Origin: a virus
DNA length: 64,000 nt
Direction: 5' to 3' (one strand)
Virus record (IMG/VR): IMGVR_UViG_3300046787_000129
Coordinates: 45,630 to 109,629 of that record
Shown: piece by piece, positions 1-10,200 of the stretch
Numbering within the stretch: position 1 is the stretch's first letter
How the letters are laid out: every line of letters starts with the position of its first letter
The notes under the pieces: model-generated
Seen by the model: only the letters and a program-made list of their open reading frames with translations
Database searches by the model: none
Told to the model about the DNA's origin: nothing
Position numbers and translations under genes: made by a program

Positions 1-2
1 CT

Positions 3-647
3 CTAGGAGAGACAAAGTCTGAGATTGCTGAATACAAGATGTACGAAGTAATTGCTAGATCGATCATAGATACTTTTATTAATGATGGATTCTACAACCA
101 CAAGTCAATCCTACAGGCCCAGGGTAATGGTGCAGACTACATGCCAGTATGGAGAATGGCAAACCGTGTACTAAAGGTATACGAGAACAACGTTCTTATC
201 TACGACATTGATGCTGACCCAGCAGACAACCTATACAACTTTTCTATTACCCTAGATAACTCTGCTATCCAAAAGACGACCAACCTTGAGTACAATAGAA
301 TCTCTCAGACACTGCCAGGTCTAAGCCTTCCTATATCTAGAGGCGACACTATGTACTCATTCGAGAGACCAGATGGCGGAGCCTTTAGAACTGGCTACGA
401 CTATCTATTTGTTTTGGACGAGGGCTTCCGAGCACTCCCACCAGACGTTGTACGTGCTACAACAATTCTTATAAACGACATCAAGTGTGGCAAGCTAGAC
501 TACTTCCAGCGTGGAGTTTCTTCATACGACACAGACCAGTTTAAGCTACAGTTCGACAAGGTAATTTTGAGCGGTACAGGAAACCTACTTGTAGACAAGA
601 TGCTAGAGAAGTACACTAGAGGAATCCTTAAACTAGGAGTCCTATAA
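3..647 (+). CDS. Head-tail adaptor/connector-like virion protein (5' truncated by window)
   Basis: Frame is open from base 3 (LGETKSEIAEYK) into the ORF-track ATG at 39; C-terminal LPPDVVRAT...SGTGNLLVDKMLEKY is adaptor-like; first of four genes before the major tail gene. Confidence 0.55.
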   Translation, partial: LGETKSEIAEYKMYEVIARSIIDTFINDGFYNHKSILQAQGNGADYMPVWRMANRVLKVYENNVLIYDIDADPADNLYNFSITLDNSAIQKTTNLEYNRISQTLPGLSLPISRGDTMYSFERPDGGAFRTGYDYLFVLDEGFRALPPDVVRATTILINDIKCGKLDYFQRGVSSYDTDQFKLQFDKVILSGTGNLLVDKMLEKYTRGILKLGVL

Positions 648-1096
648 TGGCTTATTGCGAAACTACAGACTTCATGTATCCGCTACTAGCTGACGTATAC
701 TACCCATTAGTAGAGCAGTCAGCATATGGTAGTGTCAAGAAGCAGTGGATTCTAGATAGAACAATTGCTGTAGCTCTAAATCCAGCAGGCACTAGATCAA
801 AAGCTCAGGTTCAGACCAATGCAAATATAACCCTAGATAACATGCTGATCGGCAGAACCAGAAAAGACATTCTTGTTTCAACTGAAGAGTCTCCTATTGC
901 TCTAACAAACATAATCTTAACAAACATTAGAGACATTAATGGAGTGCCAATCTACACAGAGTCTTCTGGAATAAGAACTGGCAAGTCAACAATATTCGAG
1001 ATCTCTACCTTTATGCCTATTGTAGGACCCTTTGGATCTACGGAGTATTACAAGATGATCGTTGCTAGATCAGATAACCAGGCGGCTGACCTTTGA
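647..1096 (+). CDS. Putative head-closure/head-tail joining protein
   Basis: 149 aa beta-rich protein, coupled start (TAATG), neck-module position. Confidence 0.45.
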   Translation: MAYCETTDFMYPLLADVYYPLVEQSAYGSVKKQWILDRTIAVALNPAGTRSKAQVQTNANITLDNMLIGRTRKDILVSTEESPIALTNIILTNIRDINGVPIYTESSGIRTGKSTIFEISTFMPIVGPFGSTEYYKMIVARSDNQAADL

Positions 1097-1770
1097 TACT
1101 AGAGCTTGATTCAAAACAGTTTATGCGTGACATGAATAATCTCATGCAGTATTCTGTTGGGTTTCTTAATGGCGTAGAAAAGGGCAAACCTGCTTTTTTG
1201 GACAACCTGGGTAGAACAGCTATCGAAGCACTCAAGGAGTTTGTGGACTCAAACGCCAGGGTAGATCCAGAGATGCTGGCTCACGTGTATGAGTGGTATC
1301 AGGTTGGAAGCCCAGAGGCAAGACTATACGATGTAGCCTATACGGTAAATAATACTTTTGGTTTAAGTCTGCAGTCTACCTTTAGACAGTCTACTACAGT
1401 CAAGAATGGATCTAATGAGCCGTTCTACGACAAGGCAAGAATAATGGAAGATGGTATTCCAGTAACTATTCGTCCAAAGAAGTCTGGAGTCCTAGCTTTT
1501 GAGGATAACGGAGAAATGGTTTTTACAAAGTCTCCAGTCAGGATAGAGAATCCTGGAGGGGCTATGGCACAGGGTGGATACGAAAAGGTATTCAGAATAT
1601 TCTTTGAGAGATACTTCACCCAGTCATTTATGGTGTCTTCTGGAATCTTTTCTCATCTACAGAATCCTGTAGACTATAAGAGCAACCTTCAGGCTGGCAA
1701 GACTGGCGGCAAATCAACAGGTTTCAGAACGGGATATCAATGGATATCTAGAGGAGGACTATTACAATAA
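1093..1770 (+). CDS. Putative neck/tail-completion protein
   Basis: Overlapping start, position in neck module; no diagnostic motif. Confidence 0.4.
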   Translation: MILELDSKQFMRDMNNLMQYSVGFLNGVEKGKPAFLDNLGRTAIEALKEFVDSNARVDPEMLAHVYEWYQVGSPEARLYDVAYTVNNTFGLSLQSTFRQSTTVKNGSNEPFYDKARIMEDGIPVTIRPKKSGVLAFEDNGEMVFTKSPVRIENPGGAMAQGGYEKVFRIFFERYFTQSFMVSSGIFSHLQNPVDYKSNLQAGKTGGKSTGFRTGYQWISRGGLLQ

Positions 1771-2378
1771 TGGCCATATATCACCCACCAAGCTTTATCA
1801 ATGCATACCTACAGGATAAGGTAGCATATTTTCACGGATTCGGAATGCCGTTTTTCCCTACAATGCCAACAGACCTACAGGCAGCCACTGATGGATTCTC
1901 CTACAGCAAGCTAACTGGTAGCGACGTAGAACAGAAGTATTACTTCAACGGTGCAGCAGCAATCTATGACAGAATGTTTAAGATGAGAAGAACTGCCTTC
2001 CCATACATCAAGTGCGAGCAAGTTCTATACTACATGTACTCTATAAACGAGACTGCAGTATCAACCCTGATTGAGGCAACGCAAAGCATTCACGATCTTC
2101 TAGACAGAGGGGATGACTCTGCAAAGGACATCAATGCATGGATTCAGTCTCTCTATATTTCTCAGGGCAGACGTAAGATAGATGTTCCAGACATTGTTAC
2201 TGGAGTTACAGAGAATAAGAAGGTTGTAACCCTTAATGGACAAGACATGCTTCTTCCATACTTCCATGACATCAAGGTCTATCAGCTACAGGAAACAAGA
2301 GACATTATTGACTTTGCTACAGCAAGAACTTATGCTGGGAATAAAATAATTGTCGATTACGACTGGCACAAATCATAA
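1770..2378 (+). CDS. Putative tail terminator
   Basis: Last gene before major tail protein; coupled TAATG. Confidence 0.4.
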   Translation: MAIYHPPSFINAYLQDKVAYFHGFGMPFFPTMPTDLQAATDGFSYSKLTGSDVEQKYYFNGAAAIYDRMFKMRRTAFPYIKCEQVLYYMYSINETAVSTLIEATQSIHDLLDRGDDSAKDINAWIQSLYISQGRRKIDVPDIVTGVTENKKVVTLNGQDMLLPYFHDIKVYQLQETRDIIDFATARTYAGNKIIVDYDWHKS

Positions 2379-2390
2379 ATTCAAAAAGAC

Positions 2391-2399
2391 TGCTATACT
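2391..2399 (+). promoter_or_regulatory. Extended -10 promoter (TGcTATACT) for major tail gene
   Basis: TGn-TATACT in intergenic gap upstream of SD GAGGTG and ATG 2454. Confidence 0.6.
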
Positions 2400-2453
2400 T
2401 ATAACGAGGAAACACCCCCATTTTTTATTATCCTAAGAAAGAGGTGAAAAAAT

Positions 2454-3107
2454 ATGGCATATACACGTGGTAATGATAAGCAGATTATCGTTGGTGCAGC
2501 AGCACTATTCACATATGAGCCAGCAACTGGAGACAGCTTCCTAACCGATGCAGACCTACCAGATCTAGTTGAAGACGTATCTATCAAGGAGACTCTATCA
2601 TCAGACGCTGACTTCCGTAACGTTGGTTACACATCAAATGGTCTTGAGATTCAGTTCCAGCCTGACTTCGGTGAAGTTAAGGTTGACCAGTTGCTTGACG
2701 TTGCAAAGCTTTACAAGCAGGGCATGAAGGTTAACCTAAAGACAACCTTCGCAGAGGCAACTCTAGAGAACCTATTGTTCTCGCTTGCAGGTAAGAGTGC
2801 AGACCTAGATACTCCAGGAACTGGTAAGTATGCAGGCAACGATGTTCTAAACCTATCAGCTGGTGACATTGGAGAATGTCCAGTTGAGCGTGGTCTCGTA
2901 GCAGTTGGTCCAGGTACAGGTGACTGTGCAGCTGGTAACTCTATCGAGCGTATCTACGTTGCATACCGTGCACTCTCAATTGAGAGCGTTAACGTATCAG
3001 CTAAGCGTGACGCAGCAACCGAGTTCGAAGTTTCGTTCCGCTTGCTTCCAAACGGTAACGCTTCATACGGTAAGATTGTAGACCGTACAATCTCACTAGT
3101 TAGCTAA
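2454..3107 (+). CDS. Major tail (tube) protein
   Basis: 217 aa; IIVGAA...NVGYTSNGLEI...TTFAEATLENL tail-tube pattern; strong codon bias; followed by terminator, chaperones and tape measure. Confidence 0.85.
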   Translation: MAYTRGNDKQIIVGAAALFTYEPATGDSFLTDADLPDLVEDVSIKETLSSDADFRNVGYTSNGLEIQFQPDFGEVKVDQLLDVAKLYKQGMKVNLKTTFAEATLENLLFSLAGKSADLDTPGTGKYAGNDVLNLSAGDIGECPVERGLVAVGPGTGDCAAGNSIERIYVAYRALSIESVNVSAKRDAATEFEVSFRLLPNGNASYGKIVDRTISLVS

Positions 3108-3130
3108 TAACTAAATAATAACTGAATAGA

Positions 3131-3170
3131 AGCCGCTCACCTAGTTTTTCTAGGTGGGCGGTTTTGTTTT
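3131..3170 (+). terminator. Intrinsic terminator
   Basis: AGCCGCTCACCTAG-ttttt-CTAGGTGGGCGGTT followed by TTGTTTT. Confidence 0.85.
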
Positions 3171-3186
3171 ACTGTACAATAGAGTG

Positions 3187-3897
3187 ATGGCTACTCAAAT
3201 ATACAAAAGCGGAACCGTGACCACACTAGATGGTCAGAGGCTATATCTAACGCCATTAAAGATAAAGTACCTTAGACAGTTCATGACCGCATATGCAGAA
3301 GTTGGCAAAGCCGAGGGGCAGATAGAAGTTCTTTCAGCACTAGCAGAATGTGCACTGATATCAATGCAACAATATTGCCCAGATATAAGAACCCTAGAAG
3401 ACCTAGAGGACAGAATTAATCTCCCAACCATATACAAGATCATAAACATAGCAGGAGGAGTAAGTGCTGATCCAAATGAGCCAGTAGATACTTCTGAGGC
3501 AAATGATGGAAAATCAGACGAAGCAAAGGGTTCATCTTGGGATGAGTTAGATTTAGCAAAGCTAGAAGCCGAGGTATTTTTGCTGGGCATATGGAAAGAC
3601 TATGAAGAGCTAGAAACCTCGCTATCTATGCCAGAACTAGTAGCAACACTGGAGTCAAAGAGAGAGATAGACTATCAGGAAAAGAAGTTCCTGGCAGCTA
3701 TTCAGGGTGTAGACTTGGATGAGAGCACTGGCCAGAAAGATGCTAACCCTCAAAGCAAGTGGGAAGAGATGAAGGCTAGAGTGTTTAGTGGTGGAGCTGC
3801 CACTAACTCAAATGACATAGTTTCCCTGCAGGGGCCTAGTGCTCAAAAGGCAGGGTTTGGAATAGGCATGGGCCTAGACTACGTAAAACTGGGATAA
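3187..3897 (+). CDS. Tail assembly chaperone, long (GT-like) form, leaderless
   Basis: ATG 3187 lies 6 nt after TACAAT; N-terminal half paralogous to next gene; C-terminal WKDYEELETSLSMPEL T-like domain. Confidence 0.7.
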   Translation: MATQIYKSGTVTTLDGQRLYLTPLKIKYLRQFMTAYAEVGKAEGQIEVLSALAECALISMQQYCPDIRTLEDLEDRINLPTIYKIINIAGGVSADPNEPVDTSEANDGKSDEAKGSSWDELDLAKLEAEVFLLGIWKDYEELETSLSMPELVATLESKREIDYQEKKFLAAIQGVDLDESTGQKDANPQSKWEEMKARVFSGGAATNSNDIVSLQGPSAQKAGFGIGMGLDYVKLG

Positions 3898-3953
3898 AAT
3901 AATTAAGACCTGTGTTATAATTGTATAAACCCGTCGAAAAGAAAGAGAACAAA

Positions 3954-4271
3954 ATGACAACAACAATCAATGAAGAGAAGCAGATAGAGCTTTCAAACGG
4001 AGCCATTCTAACTGTTCGTCCACTAAAACTATCACTACTTAGACTATTTATGAAGAAGTTCGAATCTCTTTCAGCAGTAGCCGAAGATAATGACAAGTCA
4101 CTTGATGTACTCCTAGAGTGCGTAAAGATTGCACTAAAGCAGTACAACCCTGAGCTCGCAGAAGCAAAGGACTTGGAAGACATTCTAGACCTTCCTACAG
4201 TTTACAAGATTGTTGAAGAGGCTTCAGGCATTAAGCTTGGAGATACAGACCTCCTCAACAGTATTGCATAA
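3954..4271 (+). CDS. Tail assembly chaperone, short (G-like) form
   Basis: Between major tail and tape measure; own TGTGTTATAAT promoter at 3911-3921; aligns with N-terminus of previous gene. Confidence 0.7.
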   Translation: MTTTINEEKQIELSNGAILTVRPLKLSLLRLFMKKFESLSAVAEDNDKSLDVLLECVKIALKQYNPELAEAKDLEDILDLPTVYKIVEEASGIKLGDTDLLNSIA

Positions 4272-4295
4272 TAATTAAAAAAGAGGTGTTCCTGG

Positions 4296-7200
4296 ATGGC
4301 TGATATTCAGTCCAATATTAATGTAAACATTGATACTACAAATGCATTAGCAAGTATCAAGGCTTTACAGTCACAGATATCAGCCTTCCATACATCTATG
4401 GCAAGGGGCGGAGCCCAAGCAACATCTTCGCTTGCCCAGCAACAGCAGAAGCTTCTAGATGGCATTAATGCAACTGGAAAGTTTTCGGCACAAGTACAAA
4501 ACATTAAGACTACTACCGAGTCTTTTACCACAGCACTAGAGAAGAACAAGCTCTCTCTAGGACAATACTTTAAATACTCCGTAGCATCTACCAAGTCATT
4601 TGGTAGCATGTTCAAGACAGAGATGAACGTCGTCGAGAAGGTAGCTCGTGAAAGAGTAAAGAGCCTTCAGACTCAATACATCAATCTAGGCCGTGATGCA
4701 AATGGTGCATTAAAGGCTATATCAATTAGACCGCTTCTTCTTGATCTAGATAACATGCAGACTAAGACTGCATTGGCTGCTCAAAAGCAGCAGATCCTCA
4801 ACCAGTTGCTACACCAGGGATCTACAAATCTTCTAAACTTCGGTAAGAACACTCAGTGGGCTGGTCGTCAGCTCATGGTTGGTTTTACTATTCCTCTATC
4901 TATGGCAGGTACAGCAGCAGCTAAAGCCTACATGGACATGGAAAAGGCTGCTATCAAGATCAAGCGTGTCTACGGAGACCTAAATACTAGTGTTAAAGAG
5001 ACCAACCAGGCTGTAGATGCTATCAAGAGCCTAGCTGCAGAGTATACAAAGTATGGCATTGCAGTAGCTGACACCATGGAGATGGCTGCATCTGCAGCTG
5101 CTATGGGTAAGACTGGTGCAGACCTTCTTGCACAGGTAAACCAGGCAACTCGCCTAGCCGCTTTGGGTGGGGTGGAACAAGCTCAGGCCCTAGAGACAAC
5201 AATCTCTCTAACAAGTGCATTTGGACTATCTACAGAGATGCTTGCATCTAAGATTAACTATCTTAACGCTGTTGAAAACCAGACCGTAACATCTATCGAA
5301 GACCTTACCATTGCCATTCCAAAGGCTGGTCCAGTTGTCAAGCAACTTGGTGGAGACGTAGAGGACCTAGCATTCTTCCTAACCGCTATGCGTGAAGGTG
5401 GCATTAATGCATCTGAAGGTGCTAACGCACTAAAGTCTGGTCTTGCAGCACTTATCAATCCAACTGGCAAGGCATCAGAAATGCTTGCTGGATTTGGCAT
5501 TAATATCAAGGCAATCGTTGAGGGTAACAAGGGTGACCTAAAGAAGACTGTTATTGACTTCGCTACAGCCCTAAACACCATTGACCCACTAAACCGTGCA
5601 CGTGCCATTGAGCAAATGTTTGGCAAGTTCCAGTTTGCACGTATCTCTACATTGCTTCAGAACGTAACTGCCAGCGGTAGCCAAGCATCTAAGGCTCTAG
5701 CCCTAGCAAACATGTCTTCAATTCAACTTGCTGCAATGTCACGTAAAGAGTTGGACAGAATTTCTGCATCACCAATGTACAAGTTCCAGAAGGCTATTGC
5801 AGACCTTCAGGTAAAGATTGCTCCAGTTGGAGAAGCCTTCCTAAAGGCAGTAACTCCAATTATTGGATTTGTATCTAAGATGCTGGATGGTTTCAATGGA
5901 ATGAGCGACCAGTTCAAGAACTTCACAGTTATTGGTGTTGCGGTTCTTGGTGGACTTGCTCCAGTACTTCTAATGGTTGTTGGTCTTGTTGCTAATGGTG
6001 CTGCAAACATCCTCAAGTTCCTGACCCAAATAAAGTCATTCTTTAACAAAACTTCTGCAGGACAGAAGGACCTAGGTTCAAGCACAAGCTACCTAACTAC
6101 TGAGCAGATTAAGGCCGAAGCTGTAGCAGCTTCTCTAGACCAGATTCACGGAAAGCTAAAGCAGACATTCACTTCTGAAGCAGGAGCAGTTGACTCGCTT
6201 ACTGGTGCATACCAGAGATACCTAGCCGCTACTGGAAAGTATTCGGCACCAGCAGCAAAGGCTGCCCCAGGACTATTTACGCCAGTTGTCAGCAAGGCAA
6301 AGGGCTTTGCTACTGGAGGAATGGTTCGAGGCCCAGGCAGCGGTACGTCAGACTCAATCCCTGCAAACCTATCTAATGGCGAAGCAGTAATTGATGCAGA
6401 AACAGTAGAAAAGAATCCAGCCATCATCGCAGCACTATTTGCTGGTAAGACAATCAGTATTCCTGGATACTCTAGAAACAACTCTAGAGACATTGCAAGC
6501 TCTAGAGATTATGCAAAATTTAGAACATACACCGATGCAACATCTGGATTATCTAGTGGAGCTAACTCGGCACTAAACACTGGAACGGCATCACCATCAG
6601 ATATAGCAAGAGAGTATACTACATCACCTACTAGAATTCAGGGTCCACTAATTGCCGCAGTTGCATCCGAGCTAACTGGTGCAAACACACAGTCTCAGAT
6701 AGATCAGGCTATTAAGAATAACCCAGAAATACTTTCATATGCAAAAAGCCTAAGCCTCGGTATCGCTAGTGAAGTAAGCAAGATAACTGCAAAGACTATG
6801 GGGGACCCAGAGTATACTGGTGCAGTAGCTAAGGCAAGGGCAGACATAAAGGCATCTCCAGAGATCGCAGCCGCATCTGAAAAGTTCTTTACGGAACCAA
6901 GCACATATGAAGATGACACAATCGAAAGAAAGCGTTCGAGCGGCAGATATGTCGCCGCTGGCCGTGAAAAGCTTCGTGCCATGGGGGCAAGATATACCGC
7001 ACTTTTTAAGAGGGGTATGAGAGTTGCAAAAAACTTAAACGTGGATGAGCCACAGCTAGTAGATCCATCAGCAGCACACATGACATCTCCAAGAGATATG
7101 TCCGTATCTGAAATGGATGAATCTGGAATGATGCTTGGAGAAAATGCCCAAGCAGCCCGTGACCGCAAAGCAAAGAATGAAAAGCTTGTCTACAAGCAGG

Positions 7201-10200
7201 GTCAGTCAAAGACAAAGGTAACTGTTCCAGCATCAGCTAGTCAGGCTCAAAAGGATGATGCTCTATCTGCTGCTGGAGTAGTCATGGCAGACAAGTCTCT
7301 AGAGACTATTGGCTCAGCAGCAAAGTCACGTGCCGCTATCCAGTCTCCATCAAAAGAGATGGCAAAAATTGGTGAGGATCTTGCTGAAGGTGCTATAGAG
7401 GGCATGAAGTCTAAGGCCAAGGAGTCTAAGACCGCTGGGAAAACCATATATGACGCATCAGGCTTAACATCAGTTAAGGCAGCACTTGCTTCAGGACCAA
7501 AGATGCTTGGCCCAGCAGGTGCAGCTCAGGTGGATAGCTATCCGTCTCCAAAGACTCAGTCTGAAAGAGTTGCCGCCGTCAAGTCTCCTAGAGCTGCTTC
7601 ACCATTTATGCAAGACGTACGAGCATCAGCTCAAAATGCAATGCCAAGACTACGTGTTGCTAAGCAAGAGTTCGTAGACGACATGAAGGGTGCCTTTGCC
7701 CAACTAAAGAACTTGTTCCGCAATGGCGGAAAGGATATGGTAGATGCTACTAAGTCTGGACTTATCCAGGAAACTCCTAGACTACGAGTCGCTGGTAAAG
7801 AGGCTGGCTTTGACTATGTAACTGCTCTAAAGGGCGGTAACGGTTCAATCGCTGCTGTAGTAACTGCAGGAAATCAAAAGATCGTATCTGCAGCACTAAA
7901 GGAATACTCTGAGGGTGGATTTAGAATTGCAGGAGCAGTTAGCCTTGGACTAGATAAGGGCATTGCTGGCTCTGTCGCAAAGGGTATTATTGCAGGAGAA
8001 AAGCTAGCAGACTCAGTTACCGACGGAGTAATAAAGAGAAGCAGAAAGCAAAAGAACCTTCCTATGGGCTCACAAGGCCCACTAGAGGAAGGTGGAACTA
8101 GAGGCAATGTATTCCAGCGAGCAAAGGCATCAGCCGCTGAGAAGGCTTCTGCAGCCAAAGCAGGGTATAACAAGCTTAATAGCAAGATCAACATATCATC
8201 CGATGGCTCTGGAACTTTTGCAAAGGTAGGAGCCGCAGCAACGACTGCTGCATTTGCTCTATCTGGAATGCCAGGACCTATTGGTGAAACTGTTAGCAAA
8301 CTTCTTCCTTTTATGGGAATCATGACAGCTGTCTCTGGAATAATGTCAATGTTTAATTTGCAGGTGGTTAATGGAGCAATTGCTCTAGGAGCCTTCTCAC
8401 TTCCAATCATACCTCTGACTGCAGCCATTGCAGGCCTAGCTATAGTCATTGCTGGAGTTATCTGGTGGATGAATGCTGTTAATGATGCAAAGAAGGAAGA
8501 GCTTGCTCAGATAAACAATACTACCACTGCTCAGAAGAACGCTGCTAAGTCAATTGCAGAGCTTGGAAAGCTTGCTGGAATAACTCCAGGACAAAGTCGT
8601 GGGGAAATAGCAAAGACCGCACTTGCCGCAGGTATTGGTACAAAGCAAGCCAGCGATGTAAATATACTTCTAGAGAGCGAAGAGTTCAAAGATCCAGAGT
8701 CAGCCATCAACAAGATGATTAGTGGAATCAAGGGAATGTCTAATGTAGCAGCAAAGGACTTCCTTGCTACATATGCAAACCAGTTAAAGGGATTCGGATT
8801 TGACGATAAGACTATTGAATCAATTCTAAATGCTATTAAAATTAAGGCTAACAAGACAGACTTGAAGCTCGACTTTGCAAGCGTCGATATTAACACAAAG
8901 AAGGGGCAGGCCCAGGTATCAGAGGGAATCAAGAATGCCCTTGCTGGTGTTTCAGACCAAGACGCAAAAGATGTTGCAGCAAAAAAGTCAGTCGCAGCTA
9001 ATCCAGTAATTGGTCAGGATGGAAATGGCAATGACATATATCTATCAGACATTAAAAAGAATAGGGCTAAAAATGCTGCAATAGTTGAGGACCCAACCAA
9101 AAAGGGTACAGCTGAATACGATGCAGCCAAAAAGCAACTTGCTGAGCAAGACAAAACAATAGCGGCTCAAAAAGTCATTGCCGATAACAGCATGAAGGTA
9201 ATAAACAAAGACACGAAAGTTGCTAAAACTAATGCTGCACTAAAAGAAGGTGCTACAGCAGTTACAACAACTATCGATAGTGCACTGTCTCAGTTTAGTG
9301 CCAAGACAATGACAAAGGCAAACTTTGATAAAACTATCAAAGCAACTATTGCTGGACTTAAGTCTGGCAAGGCAGCAGCAGCAACTATGGGTGCAGCACT
9401 CAAGGGCCTTGGCCCTGCCGCAACCGCAGGTGGTAGCAAGATCGCTGGACTTACGGCTAAAACTCTTGCAAATGGAACAGCCTTTGATACTACTAAGGCA
9501 CAGGTAGAGCTTTACGCCATTGTAGCTGGAAACCCAGAAATTGGTGACAAGCTATTACAGGATATTGCAAAGATTGACACCACAGCTGCAGGTGCAGCAC
9601 AGCAGATACAAAATCTTATAAACGTTGCCAAGGGTGGAAGCATTAGCACATCTGCAGGGGTCACAAATCCAGAGATCGTCACCGACACTACAGGCGGAGG
9701 AGACGGAGGCTCTGATCCAGCACAACTCCTAAAGGATACCAAGGCTGCTGTCCAGTCAAACATCATGAGCATCAACCTTATGAAGAAGGGTTACAATGCA
9801 GAGTTCATAGCCTCTATTGCTGGTGCCGATGCTGCAACTCAAAAATACTACACAACTATGAAGAATGGCATTCCAGTTCTAAATGCCCAGGGTCGTGCAC
9901 TTCTAGCTGCATATAACACCAAGGCTATCAGCGACTTCCTAATTGCTCAAAAGCAATTGGTTGCTGGAGCAGCTATGGAGCTTTCTGCGAGAAAGACCCT
10001 GTCTGCAGCAGGACTAGATGAAGAAACTGTTAAGGAGATGGCTGCCCGTGCAGACGTCCAGGCAGCTCTAGCAGCCGCAAAGGCAGCGGTAGGCAAGAAT
10101 GCACAGGCGAAGGCTATCAAGAGCGTAGTTGACGGTCTAAAGGCAGAGAAGGCAGCAGCAGATAGTCTATCAACAACAGTAGCACAAGACAAGTTCCAGA

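Noticed and set aside
3187-4296. Programmed frameshift between tail chaperones
   Set aside because: The long form is already in frame and the two ORFs are separated by a stop and a new promoter
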